Assembly (NCBI GenBank): GCA_022072205.1
Contig: JAJVID010000137.1
Span: 12,331-76,330 of the forward strand
DNA from: Acidobacteriota bacterium
Lineage (GTDB): Bacteria; Acidobacteriota; Blastocatellia; RBC074
Length of the DNA stretch: 64,000 nt
Reading direction: 5' to 3'
A program made the position numbers and the translations under genes. Of this stretch, positions 52,925-62,117 are shown one piece after another (within the stretch, counting starts at the first letter, position 1; each line of letters opens with the position of its first letter). Below the pieces are notes generated by a model. It saw only the letters and a program-made list of their open reading frames with translations, was not told the origin of the DNA and searched no databases.

Positions 52925-54274
52925 ATGACATCCATCAATCGCCGCAATTTCGTCAAACAGGCAAGCGCCAGCGCAACCGGGCTAATCGCCGCCGGCCAAT
53001 TGATCGGGAACGGCTTTGCGCGGGAAAGCCCCAACAACACAGTCAATGTAGCCGTCATGGGAATTCGCTCGCGCGGATCGGCCCTTTCCGAAGGCTTCGC
53101 CAAATTGCCCGATGTCAACGTCTCGGTATTGTGCGACATTGACGAGAATTTGCTGCCCAAAGCCGTAGCCGACGTTGAAAAGGCCTGCGGCAAACGCCCG
53201 AAAACCGAGACGGACATCCGCCGCGCGCTGGACAACAAGGACATAGACGCGGTCGTGATCGCCGCGCCGAACAACTGGCATGCGCTGGCGACGATCTGGG
53301 CCTGTCAGGCCGGGAAGGATGTTTACGTCGAGAAACCGGCGTCGTACGACATCTCCGAAGGCCGCCGCATGATCGAGGCCGCGCGGAAATACGATCGCAT
53401 GGTGCAAGTGGGAACGCAGAATCGCAGCCGCCCGCTGATCCAGGCGGCGGTTGATTATCTGCACGCGGGGAAACTCGGAAAGATTCATATGATCAAGTGT
53501 CTGGTCTTCCGCCCGCGTGAAAGCATCGGACACAAAGCGAACGGGCCGGTTCCCAAAGGCGTGAATTACGACCTCTGGCGCGGCCCTGCGCAAATGCGAC
53601 CGTTCAACGAAAACCGCTTCCATTACAACTGGCATTGGTTCTGGGACACCGGCAATGGAGAAACCGGTAACAACGGCCCTCATTACGCCGACATCGCGCG
53701 CTGGATTCTAAAAAAATACGAGCACCCGGTCAGAATTCAGAGTATGGGTTATCAGGACATCCACGATTCCGATCAGGAGACGCCAACCAGCCAGTTCTCG
53801 ATCATGGAATACAGCGACCACACCCGCGTCCAGATCGAGGTTCGCAACGGCTACACCAACGCCGAAGACGGCATGCGAATGGGCCTGCTGGTGTACGGCT
53901 CGGAAGGATGGATGCGCCTGGGCACGGATGACTGGGCCACTTACTTTGGCCGCAAAGAAGAGCCTGGCGCGAAGATGACGGAGGATGAAGCGAACGCCAA
54001 AGTTGATACGCTCAACCCTCGCGGCACGGGCGATGAACCGCATCTGGCCAATTTCGTTGACGCCGTTCGCTCTCGCAAACGCCAATCGCTGAAGGCCGAG
54101 ATTCTCGAAGGCCATCTGTCAACCAGCCTGTGTCATCTGGCCAACATCGCCTATCGAGCCAATCGCCAGGTCGTGTTCGATTCCAGGAGCGAAACTTTTC
54201 CGGGCGACGCTGAGGCCAACAAGTATTTGTCGAGAGCCTATCGTTCTCCCTTCGTCGTTCCAGCAAAGGTCTGA
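52925..54274 (+). CDS. Tat-exported Gfo/Idh/MocA-family NAD(P)-dependent oxidoreductase (second, divergent copy)
   Basis: 449 aa. NRRNFVKQASASATGLIAAG leader, VAVMGIRSRG, VYVEKPAS motif. Confidence 0.8.
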   Translation: MTSINRRNFVKQASASATGLIAAGQLIGNGFARESPNNTVNVAVMGIRSRGSALSEGFAKLPDVNVSVLCDIDENLLPKAVADVEKACGKRPKTETDIRRALDNKDIDAVVIAAPNNWHALATIWACQAGKDVYVEKPASYDISEGRRMIEAARKYDRMVQVGTQNRSRPLIQAAVDYLHAGKLGKIHMIKCLVFRPRESIGHKANGPVPKGVNYDLWRGPAQMRPFNENRFHYNWHWFWDTGNGETGNNGPHYADIARWILKKYEHPVRIQSMGYQDIHDSDQETPTSQFSIMEYSDHTRVQIEVRNGYTNAEDGMRMGLLVYGSEGWMRLGTDDWATYFGRKEEPGAKMTEDEANAKVDTLNPRGTGDEPHLANFVDAVRSRKRQSLKAEILEGHLSTSLCHLANIAYRANRQVVFDSRSETFPGDAEANKYLSRAYRSPFVVPAKV

Positions 54275-54285
54275 GGAGAAAACCG

Positions 54286-55296
54286 ATGAAAATCAAACAA
54301 TGGCAGGCGGGAAGATTACTTGGCCTGGCGGCGTTGTTGGCGTTGTTCGGCGGCTTCACCGAAACCATCAGCCAGCAACGCGCGGCTTCAAGCTCTGCGC
54401 GCTCTCGAATGCGGCGGGTATTACACCTGCCGCAAGAGGAAGCCGCGCCTAAAGTTGAAGTCCTGGGGAAAAGCTCTGGCCAGGACATCGCGCTCGAAGA
54501 CATTAAATTCCAGGCAGATCGGGACAACTGGGTTCCGGCTATCGTGGCCAAACCGCGCGCCGCCACTCAACCATTGCCCGCCATCATTTGCCTGCCCGGA
54601 ACGAACGGAACGCGGCAACATCTTGTTGATCCGATTCTGCAACTGAGCAAATTCCCTCGAACAGGTTGGGCGCGAGCGCTGGCCTCTCAGGGCTTTGTGA
54701 CGATTTCGCTCGACTATCGAGGCTCGCCCGCGCGCGCGCAGAACATTTATACCGAAGCCGTCAGAACGCAACTCGAAGGAGGCAGCTACATGGGTTTGCT
54801 GGTTCACGAAGTGATGCGCGCTGTGGATTACCTGCAAACCAGACCTGATGTTGATCGAACGCGGATCGGGATCACCGGCTTTTCTCTCGGCGGGGCGATG
54901 ACCTGGTACGCGGCTGCGGTTGATCCCCGGTTGAGTGTGATCGTCCCAGTGTGCGGCGGGGCGGGAACTTACGACGCGCTGACCAGGAACCAGAAAAAAA
55001 CCGGCTACCACTCTCAATACTTTTACCCGGCGGGATTTCTCAAACTGTTTCCGGGCGATCAACCCGAAGTCTTCGCCTCGATGGCTCCGCGAGCCGTGCT
55101 AATAGTGGGCCGCGATCAGGATCAGGGGATGCCGGTCGAAGGGCTGCGGAAGCTGGAGCAGGAAGTCAAAGCGGCTTATTCAAAACGCGGCGCTCCCGAC
55201 CGATTCGCAGTTCACATCACAGCAGGAGAACACACTTACACGGATGAGATGTTCGAGCAGGTCAAAGCCTGGTTCGGACGTTTCCTCAAACGTTGA
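54286..55296 (+). CDS. Secreted single-domain alpha/beta hydrolase (dienelactone-hydrolase/esterase-like)
   Basis: 336 aa. Signal peptide, GFSLGGAMTWY elbow, late GEHTY. Confidence 0.7.
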   Translation: MKIKQWQAGRLLGLAALLALFGGFTETISQQRAASSSARSRMRRVLHLPQEEAAPKVEVLGKSSGQDIALEDIKFQADRDNWVPAIVAKPRAATQPLPAIICLPGTNGTRQHLVDPILQLSKFPRTGWARALASQGFVTISLDYRGSPARAQNIYTEAVRTQLEGGSYMGLLVHEVMRAVDYLQTRPDVDRTRIGITGFSLGGAMTWYAAAVDPRLSVIVPVCGGAGTYDALTRNQKKTGYHSQYFYPAGFLKLFPGDQPEVFASMAPRAVLIVGRDQDQGMPVEGLRKLEQEVKAAYSKRGAPDRFAVHITAGEHTYTDEMFEQVKAWFGRFLKR

Positions 55297-55304
55297 TCGG
55301 TACT

Positions 55305-55356
55305 GCGACCGGCAGGGAGCGGCTTAATCGCGGAATCGCCGCTCCCTGCCGGTCGC
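55305..55356 (+). terminator. Perfect 19-bp GC-rich hairpin (terminator-like, no U-tract)
   Basis: gcgaccggcagggagcggc - 14-nt loop - gccgctccctgccggtcgc, 9 nt after the stop of 54286..55296. Confidence 0.4.
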
Positions 55357-55387
55357 GGCGCTGACCCGGAGTCTCAAGGCGGCGAGC

Positions 55388-57607
55388 ATGAGATTGCCTA
55401 TCCTATTTTTTGCGACCATCACATCGTGCTTGTTTTGCTTGTTGATCGGAGTGGCGACGGCGCAGCGAACGAGCAGCCTGAATTTCATCTCCGAACTCGA
55501 AGATTACCGAACGATCAGGAACATGCTGCCTGCCTACCTGAGCCGTCTGGTCGCGGAGCGGCTTGAGGAACGCGAGCGGGCGATAGCTCGCATCTCGACG
55601 CCGAACGAGGTCGCCGCGCGCCGAAGCGAGATACGCGAGCGGATACTCCAATCCATCGGCGGCCTTCCCGAACGAACGCCATTGAACGCTCGTGTGGTTG
55701 GGACGATTGAACGGGATGATTACCGCATCGAGAAAATCATCTTTGAAAGCCAGCCTCGCTTTTTCGTGACAGCCAACTTGTATGCGCCGAAGAAAGGACG
55801 TGGGCCGTATCCGGGAATTCTCGTTCCTCTTGGTCACGAGCCGGCGCCGAAGGCTTACCCGGACGCGCAACAACTGCTCGGCGCGCTGGCTGAAAAAGGT
55901 TTTGTCGCGCTGGCGTGGGATCCGATTGGGCAGGGCGAGCGCATTCAGATTTACGATCCCGATTGGGGAGAATCGAAGGTCGTTCGCTCACCAACCGAAC
56001 ATTCTGTCGTCGGCGTCCAGTGTACGGTGGTCGGCGACAACCTGGCGCGTTACGCGATCAACGACGGCCTTCGCGCGCTCGATTACCTGCTGACACGGCC
56101 GGAAGTTGATCCCGCGCGAATCGGTTGCACGGGCAATTCCGGCGGCGGCAATCTGACGGCTTATCTGGCCGCGCTCGATGATCGCATCACAGTGGCCGCG
56201 CCTTCCTGCTGGATTACTTCGTGGCAATGGCTGCTCAAAACCATCGGCCCGCAGGACTCCGAACAGACTTTATTTCCATTCATCGGCGAGGGCATTGATT
56301 ACGCCGACTTCATCTACGCTTCCGCGCCCAGGCCTTATCTCGTTCTGGCGGCCACGCGGGATTTCTTCTCGATCAACGGAACGCGCCAGACTTATGCGGA
56401 GGCGAAGCGCGTCTACGAACTGATCGGCGCGCCGGACAAGTTGGCGATGACCGAAGCGGATGACCATCACGCGTATTCCCTGCCGCGACGAATGGCCGCG
56501 TATCGCTGGTTCGGGCGATGGCTAAACGGAGTTGAAGATCAGGAGCCTGAACCGAAGATCGAATTTGCCACCGATGAAGAATTGCGCTGCACTGAGACGG
56601 GGCAAGTGACGACCTCGCTCAACAGCGAAACGGTCTTCTCCATGAATCAAAAACGCGCGGAGAGTCTTCGTTCGCCAAAACCCCTTCTGTCGAACAGGAA
56701 AGATTTCGCCGCGTTCCAAATGGAAATCCGGAAACGCGTGCGGCAATCGCTCAATGTCACAGCGCCGAAAGAAGCAGCGCCGGTGAAGCGATACGGCCAA
56801 ATCGCCAATCCCGGCTACCGCGTCGAAAAACTCGTCTACGAGAGCGAGTCGGGGATCGTCATCCCTTCCCTGCTCTTCATTCCCGACACAGCCGAAGCGC
56901 GGAAACCGGCCATCGTCTACGCGCACGGTCGCGGCAAAGCGGCGGGCTTGGCGGAGATTGAAGAACTGGTTCAGGCGGGTTTCGTCGCGCTCTCGATTGA
57001 CCTGAGAGGCGCGGGCGAAACGATGGTCATCGAATCGCAACAGAGCAACGACACGCGTCCGTATTTCGGAGATTTCGACAGCGCGATGACTGCGCTCCTG
57101 CTCGGCAAGCCGCTCGTTGGAATGCGCGCGCTGGACATAAGCCGGGGCGTTGATTTGCTCGCCGCGCGCGCGGATGTTGACGCCGACAGAATTTACGGCT
57201 TCGGCAAAGAAGGCGGAGCGGTTCCGATGCTCTACGCCGCGACGCTCGACGAACGCATCAGGAAAATCGCGCTGGAAGACATGCTGATTTCTTACCAGTC
57301 AATCATCACACGGCGGATTCATCGTCAGGCGCTTGAACACGTCGTCAACGGCGCGCTGAAGTTTTATGACTTCCCTGACCTGGCCGCTGCTTTCGCCCCG
57401 CGTTCCATCTGGATCGTGAATGGCGTTGACCCAATCGGGCGGCGGGTTGATCTGGCCGAGATGAAAAAGCAGTACGCCGCTTCGACAACCGCTTTCCGAT
57501 TGCTCGAAACCGAAGGCTCCATCCGCATCGCGGTCAGGAAAGATCAGGAGCGGATAACAACATTCTACCGGGACTGGCTCGGCCTGAATCGAGAGGAAAA
57601 ACAATGA
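55388..57607 (+). CDS. Two-domain alpha/beta hydrolase (catalytic + pseudo-hydrolase domain), paralogue of 47771..50011
   Basis: 739 aa. DYRIEKIIFESQPRFFVTANLYAP, GNSGGGNLTAY elbow. The second half has GYRVEKLVYESESGIVIPSLLFIP with elbow YGFGKEGGA. Confidence 0.75.
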   Translation: MRLPILFFATITSCLFCLLIGVATAQRTSSLNFISELEDYRTIRNMLPAYLSRLVAERLEERERAIARISTPNEVAARRSEIRERILQSIGGLPERTPLNARVVGTIERDDYRIEKIIFESQPRFFVTANLYAPKKGRGPYPGILVPLGHEPAPKAYPDAQQLLGALAEKGFVALAWDPIGQGERIQIYDPDWGESKVVRSPTEHSVVGVQCTVVGDNLARYAINDGLRALDYLLTRPEVDPARIGCTGNSGGGNLTAYLAALDDRITVAAPSCWITSWQWLLKTIGPQDSEQTLFPFIGEGIDYADFIYASAPRPYLVLAATRDFFSINGTRQTYAEAKRVYELIGAPDKLAMTEADDHHAYSLPRRMAAYRWFGRWLNGVEDQEPEPKIEFATDEELRCTETGQVTTSLNSETVFSMNQKRAESLRSPKPLLSNRKDFAAFQMEIRKRVRQSLNVTAPKEAAPVKRYGQIANPGYRVEKLVYESESGIVIPSLLFIPDTAEARKPAIVYAHGRGKAAGLAEIEELVQAGFVALSIDLRGAGETMVIESQQSNDTRPYFGDFDSAMTALLLGKPLVGMRALDISRGVDLLAARADVDADRIYGFGKEGGAVPMLYAATLDERIRKIALEDMLISYQSIITRRIHRQALEHVVNGALKFYDFPDLAAAFAPRSIWIVNGVDPIGRRVDLAEMKKQYAASTTAFRLLETEGSIRIAVRKDQERITTFYRDWLGLNREEKQ

Positions 57608-59379
57608 AGCGCAGCCGCATTACGATGTTCGGTCTCTTGTTCAGCCTTTTTCTCTGCTGCCCGCTCCGCGCTCAGACGAAAAGCGCGGAATTGCCGGGCC
57701 ATTATTTTCGCCTGCTGGAATCCGGAGCGGCGAAAGTCGAGAACCGTTTGAACGCTCAACCGAACGCCGATTTGAAGTCGCTGGAGACAGGTTCCGATTG
57801 GCGTCACTTCCCTTACGCTATTCTTGCGCCCGCGGTGTTGTACGCCAAACGTCATCCGCAGAATCATCGTTATGGCGATTCCAGGATGCGCGATCTCGCG
57901 ATCAGGATCGGCGATCTGCTGGCCGATGAACACGGGCGCAGCGCTTTCGAGCCTCGTGGCGACAGCGATTGGGACACTTACATGTGGATTGAAGCATGGC
58001 GGCTGCTCGAACGAGAGTTGGGGGAAGAACGCCGCGCGCGATGGCGGCGCGGCATCGAAGAAAATGTCGCTCTGCTCGTGTCTGACGCGGCTGAACGATA
58101 CGATTTCCCCTGGTACAACTCGCCCTACACGGGCACTTCGCCGAACCATTATTCGCTGTGGGCCGCGAATCTGCTGCTCGCCGGGCGATTTTTCGGGAAT
58201 AAGGAATGGGAGAATCTGGGCGCGAAAATTCTTCGCCGCTTCGCGACGACGGAACAAACGGAAGACGGATACTGGGGCGAACATAGCAGATCGGGGCCGA
58301 CCATTGGCTACAACCATCTCACGCTGAGCGCGGTGGCGCTCTATTGGGAATACACCAAAGACCCGGCGGCGCTGGCGGCGTTGCGCCGCGCCACGAACTT
58401 CCACAAAAACTTCACGTGGCCTGACGGCGCTCCGGTGGAAGCCGTCAACGACCGTAATCGCCATTGGGGCGTCAGCGCCTGGAGCCAGTTCGCTTTCTCG
58501 AATTTCCCGGACGGGCGTCGTTACGCTGAATTCCTGGCCGGTTTCTTCAAACCGGAGAAGATGACGATGGAATCCCTGGGGCGGCTTGCGCAGGACGCGC
58601 TCTACTTGCACGAAGGCCCCAAAGAGGCAATCCCGCAGGATCAGCCGCATTATGCGTATCGGATGAAAATCCCGGCAGGCATACGAAAAACCGCTCCGTG
58701 GGTCATCGCGCTTAGCGGCGTCATTGACACACAGGCGATCAACAGCCAGTTCTATCTTGATCGGCAAGCGCATCTGAGCGTCTTCCACGAAAAACTCGGT
58801 CTGATCATTTCGGGCGCCAACTCCAAACGCCAGCCGGAACTGGCGACGTTTTCCGAGAAACTGATGGGACAGATTGCGCATCTGCCGCTCAGCAGCCGCC
58901 TGCAAATGAGCGAGCGCCAAAATGGACAAGACCGGCTCTCACTCGCATTCAACACTTTCTTCAGCGACCTTTACATCCCGCGCCCGGCCAACAATGAAAT
59001 GTCGTTCCGATTCGTCATCAGTGGCAGAGGCACGCCTGCCGAAGAACCGCGATTGACTTTACAGTTGTGCTTAAAAGCCGGCGAGACGCTGGAAACCGGC
59101 GCAGGCCGCAAGTTCACGCTGGGCGCCGAACGAATTGAATTGCAGGCGGCTGACATCGGCGGCTGGATTCGTCATCACGGCTGGACAATGAAAGTTGATC
59201 CGGCGGCGCGATTGATCTGGCCCGTCTATCCACACAACCCTTACGCCAACGCGCCGGAAACGAACATCGAGTACGCGGTGGGAGCGCTCTCAATCCCGCT
59301 CCGTCTCAAGTCGCGGCCCGGCCATTACATTCGGGCCAACGAGCAGGAAATTTCTTTTACCCTCAGTGTTGACGAATGA
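57604..59379 (+). CDS. Secreted hypothetical protein (helical, possibly polysaccharide-lyase/heparinase-like toroid)
   Basis: 591 aa. Signal peptide. Its start overlaps the upstream stop (ATGA). The family call is only a weak impression from W/Y/H-rich helical repeats. Confidence 0.45.
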   Translation: MKRSRITMFGLLFSLFLCCPLRAQTKSAELPGHYFRLLESGAAKVENRLNAQPNADLKSLETGSDWRHFPYAILAPAVLYAKRHPQNHRYGDSRMRDLAIRIGDLLADEHGRSAFEPRGDSDWDTYMWIEAWRLLERELGEERRARWRRGIEENVALLVSDAAERYDFPWYNSPYTGTSPNHYSLWAANLLLAGRFFGNKEWENLGAKILRRFATTEQTEDGYWGEHSRSGPTIGYNHLTLSAVALYWEYTKDPAALAALRRATNFHKNFTWPDGAPVEAVNDRNRHWGVSAWSQFAFSNFPDGRRYAEFLAGFFKPEKMTMESLGRLAQDALYLHEGPKEAIPQDQPHYAYRMKIPAGIRKTAPWVIALSGVIDTQAINSQFYLDRQAHLSVFHEKLGLIISGANSKRQPELATFSEKLMGQIAHLPLSSRLQMSERQNGQDRLSLAFNTFFSDLYIPRPANNEMSFRFVISGRGTPAEEPRLTLQLCLKAGETLETGAGRKFTLGAERIELQAADIGGWIRHHGWTMKVDPAARLIWPVYPHNPYANAPETNIEYAVGALSIPLRLKSRPGHYIRANEQEISFTLSVDE

Positions 59380-59502
59380 AGGTTGATTACCCCGGCGCGC
59401 GATGCCCGATAAGCCGCCAGTTTGTCGCCGCTTCCGGGGAAGACCTGTTTACGAATCCCTCGACAAGCCGGCGGCTTGTCGGACATTTCTCGCAGGAGCG
59501 CT

Positions 59503-61389
59503 ATGTCATTCTGGAAAAGTATGATTTTTCGGTCGGGACATTTCATGCAGGTTCTCGCTCTACTGCCGCTGTTCTCGACGGCGACCCATCCATTCTCTCC
59601 CCAGGATCAGGCGGTTCAGTTGGAAGTTTCTTCCGAATATTCCCGCCCGGACCCTTTCGGCGCCATTGTCGAGGCAGACCTGGGCAAAAACGAAAAACGC
59701 GCGAATGATGGCGATTTGAATACCATTCAACTGCGAGCCGCGCGCAACGGCTATATCTCTTTTCACCTGACGGCTAAGCTCCCGCAAGACGGCCCGTATT
59801 CGCTCTCTGTCAATTTCCAGAAAGAATCCGGCATTCAAGTTGACCTGCTGAAAACATGGTTCCACCTTCGACGCGCAGACAAAAAATATTATCCCGACGC
59901 GCTTATCCCAATAACCAATCCCTATAAGGCGGCCATCCCCGATTCGGAAAACAGTATTCCCGGGCAGACCGCACAGGCTTTCTGGGTAGACGTGTGGATT
60001 CCGCGTGAAACAGCGCCAGGAGTGTACGAAGGCGACGCGACGCTTCAATCCGGGTCGAAACGCTCCTCACTGAAGATTCAGTTGCAGGTGTCGCAGGCCG
60101 TGATTCCTGAAGATGACGCGCTGATTGTGGATCACAACTCATACGGAACGTCCTGGCTGGCGCAGCTTTATCCAAAGTTGAGTCGGGCGCAGGGAGAAGC
60201 GTTCTTTCGCAGCGATGCGGTGTTCGGTTTGATCCATGCCTATCACCGTTTATTTTATGAGCATCGCGGAGCATTTCATCAACTCGGCTACGGGCACGCG
60301 GGCAAAGTAGGCCCCGAATTCGCGCCAGCCCTGACCGGAACGGGGCGTGAAAAACGCATTGCCAGTTGGGAGTTGTTTGATCGCCATTACGCGCCATTGC
60401 TCGACGGCAGCGCTTTCGCCCAAACCAGACGTGGCGCGCGGCCAATCCCTTTTGCGTATTTGCCGATCAATCCTGAATGGCCGGCGTCGTTCCTGGCCTG
60501 GGGCGAGCCGGGTTACGAGGCGGAATTCGTCAATGTGGTGAGCGAGATGGAGCGGCATTTTCGAGCGAAGGGCTGGACTCGCACTAAATTCGAAATGTTC
60601 TTCAACCACAAGAAACGATACAAAGGGTTTCATTGGGACGGCGATGAAACCAGATTCCCCAAAGACGACACGCCGTTTCTGGAATTCAACCGGCTGCTGA
60701 AAAAAGCCGTTCCAGCCGGTTCGCCCGTGCAGTTCGTTTATCGCCTGGATGCAAGCTGGCGGTTGGAAGATCAGTTTAAATCACTGGCCGGCGTGGTCAA
60801 TTTCTGGGTCTGTTCCTCGACCATCCTCAGTTGGTTGCCGGAGCAATTGAAATCGGTCAGGCAGCGTGGAGACATCGTGTGGACTTACTCCGGGCCGCCA
60901 GCGATCAACGAACCTTCTTCGGCTATTCTGGAAAACCCGCTCCGCGCCTGGATGTGGAACACCGATGGATACGTTCATTGGTTGACAGTCGGCCCCAGCG
61001 CCGATCCCTGGTTCAATTCAGAAGGCGAGGCGACCTGTCTCGCTTATCCGGGCGAGAGGTTTGGAATCGCCGGCCCGATACCGAGCATTCGGCTGAAGAT
61101 TCAACGCAATTTCCTGCAAGATATCAGCCTGCTGAAGGCGCTGGAGAAAACTCATTCGCCGGATTTTCTCCGCAGTGAAGTGAGCAAACGAGTCAATGGG
61201 ACCAAGCCCGGAGACTGGTGGAATCCGCGCCCGGCTCTGGCGAATCTGCCGCCTGAGGAATGGAACAATCCGGGTATCGAGCAGGCCGTAGCATCCAATC
61301 GCCATCATTATCAGGACTGGAACCCGCAATACTGGCAGGCAGTCCACCAATACATCCTCAAGCTTGCTGAAGGGAGCCAACCACAATGA
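59503..61389 (+). CDS. DUF4091/GH123-like protein (putative glycoside hydrolase)
   Basis: ORF trimmed to ATG 59503 with a signal-like leader. LRAARNGYISFHL ... YYPDALIP ... GQTAQAFWVDVWIPRETAPGVYEGDATL matches the N-terminal pattern I associate with DUF4091 proteins. Confidence 0.45.
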   Translation: MSFWKSMIFRSGHFMQVLALLPLFSTATHPFSPQDQAVQLEVSSEYSRPDPFGAIVEADLGKNEKRANDGDLNTIQLRAARNGYISFHLTAKLPQDGPYSLSVNFQKESGIQVDLLKTWFHLRRADKKYYPDALIPITNPYKAAIPDSENSIPGQTAQAFWVDVWIPRETAPGVYEGDATLQSGSKRSSLKIQLQVSQAVIPEDDALIVDHNSYGTSWLAQLYPKLSRAQGEAFFRSDAVFGLIHAYHRLFYEHRGAFHQLGYGHAGKVGPEFAPALTGTGREKRIASWELFDRHYAPLLDGSAFAQTRRGARPIPFAYLPINPEWPASFLAWGEPGYEAEFVNVVSEMERHFRAKGWTRTKFEMFFNHKKRYKGFHWDGDETRFPKDDTPFLEFNRLLKKAVPAGSPVQFVYRLDASWRLEDQFKSLAGVVNFWVCSSTILSWLPEQLKSVRQRGDIVWTYSGPPAINEPSSAILENPLRAWMWNTDGYVHWLTVGPSADPWFNSEGEATCLAYPGERFGIAGPIPSIRLKIQRNFLQDISLLKALEKTHSPDFLRSEVSKRVNGTKPGDWWNPRPALANLPPEEWNNPGIEQAVASNRHHYQDWNPQYWQAVHQYILKLAEGSQPQ

Positions 61390-61970
61390 TAAAGCGTTGT
61401 CTGTCGCTCGCGTTTGTCGCATTCAACCTTTCCACCATTGGCTACGCGCAAACGCAAACTCATAAATCCCTGGCGCTCGAGTTGGAGGAAGTGGCTCGCG
61501 TGGCGACGGTCATGGTTGACGGCGATGTCTGCCAGAGAATCATGACCGAAAGAGCGTTGAAGAAGTTGTTCGTCGTTGACCCCGAAGATCAATGGGCCGG
61601 GAGCGACAATTTCGATGTCAACGCCGAACCTTTCATCCAAACCAAAAAGACGCTGATGCGCCTGGCCAAACTCCGGCCTTACCCGATTGATTGCAATCTC
61701 TGGATGCTCTTCAAGGAGAATCCGCGAAAAATCCAGATTCTGATTCGGAATCAATATGAGATGAGCCGGTTCTGGACGTGGGGAGTGTTGTACCAGGACA
61801 TTCCGCCAGAGATGGCTGAAGTACTCGCTTCCGGCAAGCCGAAAACCGTCGTCGGGAAAAATGATCTCATCTCGGTTCTGACGCCCGTGTATAACAGCCT
61901 GGGAGAAATCGTCGGGCTGGTCGAAGTCGTCAGCCGGGCGCAAATGAACTGGCAGGAAAACGTCAAATAG
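61386..61970 (+). CDS. Secreted hypothetical protein
   Basis: 194 aa. Signal peptide MIKRCLSLAFVAFNLSTIGYAQ. ATGA overlap with the upstream gene. Confidence 0.45.
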   Translation: MIKRCLSLAFVAFNLSTIGYAQTQTHKSLALELEEVARVATVMVDGDVCQRIMTERALKKLFVVDPEDQWAGSDNFDVNAEPFIQTKKTLMRLAKLRPYPIDCNLWMLFKENPRKIQILIRNQYEMSRFWTWGVLYQDIPPEMAEVLASGKPKTVVGKNDLISVLTPVYNSLGEIVGLVEVVSRAQMNWQENVK

Positions 61971-61973
61971 TTT

Positions 61974-62090
61974 GTAACTGCTCAGGGAGGGAGCCGACGG
62001 AGCTTACGGAACAAACCGGAAAGAGATGAAAAATATTCCGTCTATTCCGTTTGTTCCGTAATTCTCCTGTCTGCCCCGCTGAGCAGTTTC
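61974..62090. repeat. 117-bp palindromic element with the same GTAACTGCTCAG terminus as 40004..40238
   Basis: gtaactgctcag at 61974..61985 and ctgagcagtttc at 62079..62090. Inner inverted repeat ttacggaacaaac / gtttgttccgtaa. It starts 4 nt after a stop codon. Confidence 0.7.
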
Positions 62091-62117
62091 AATAGCTTTT
62101 CATCTGAGGCGCACAAC

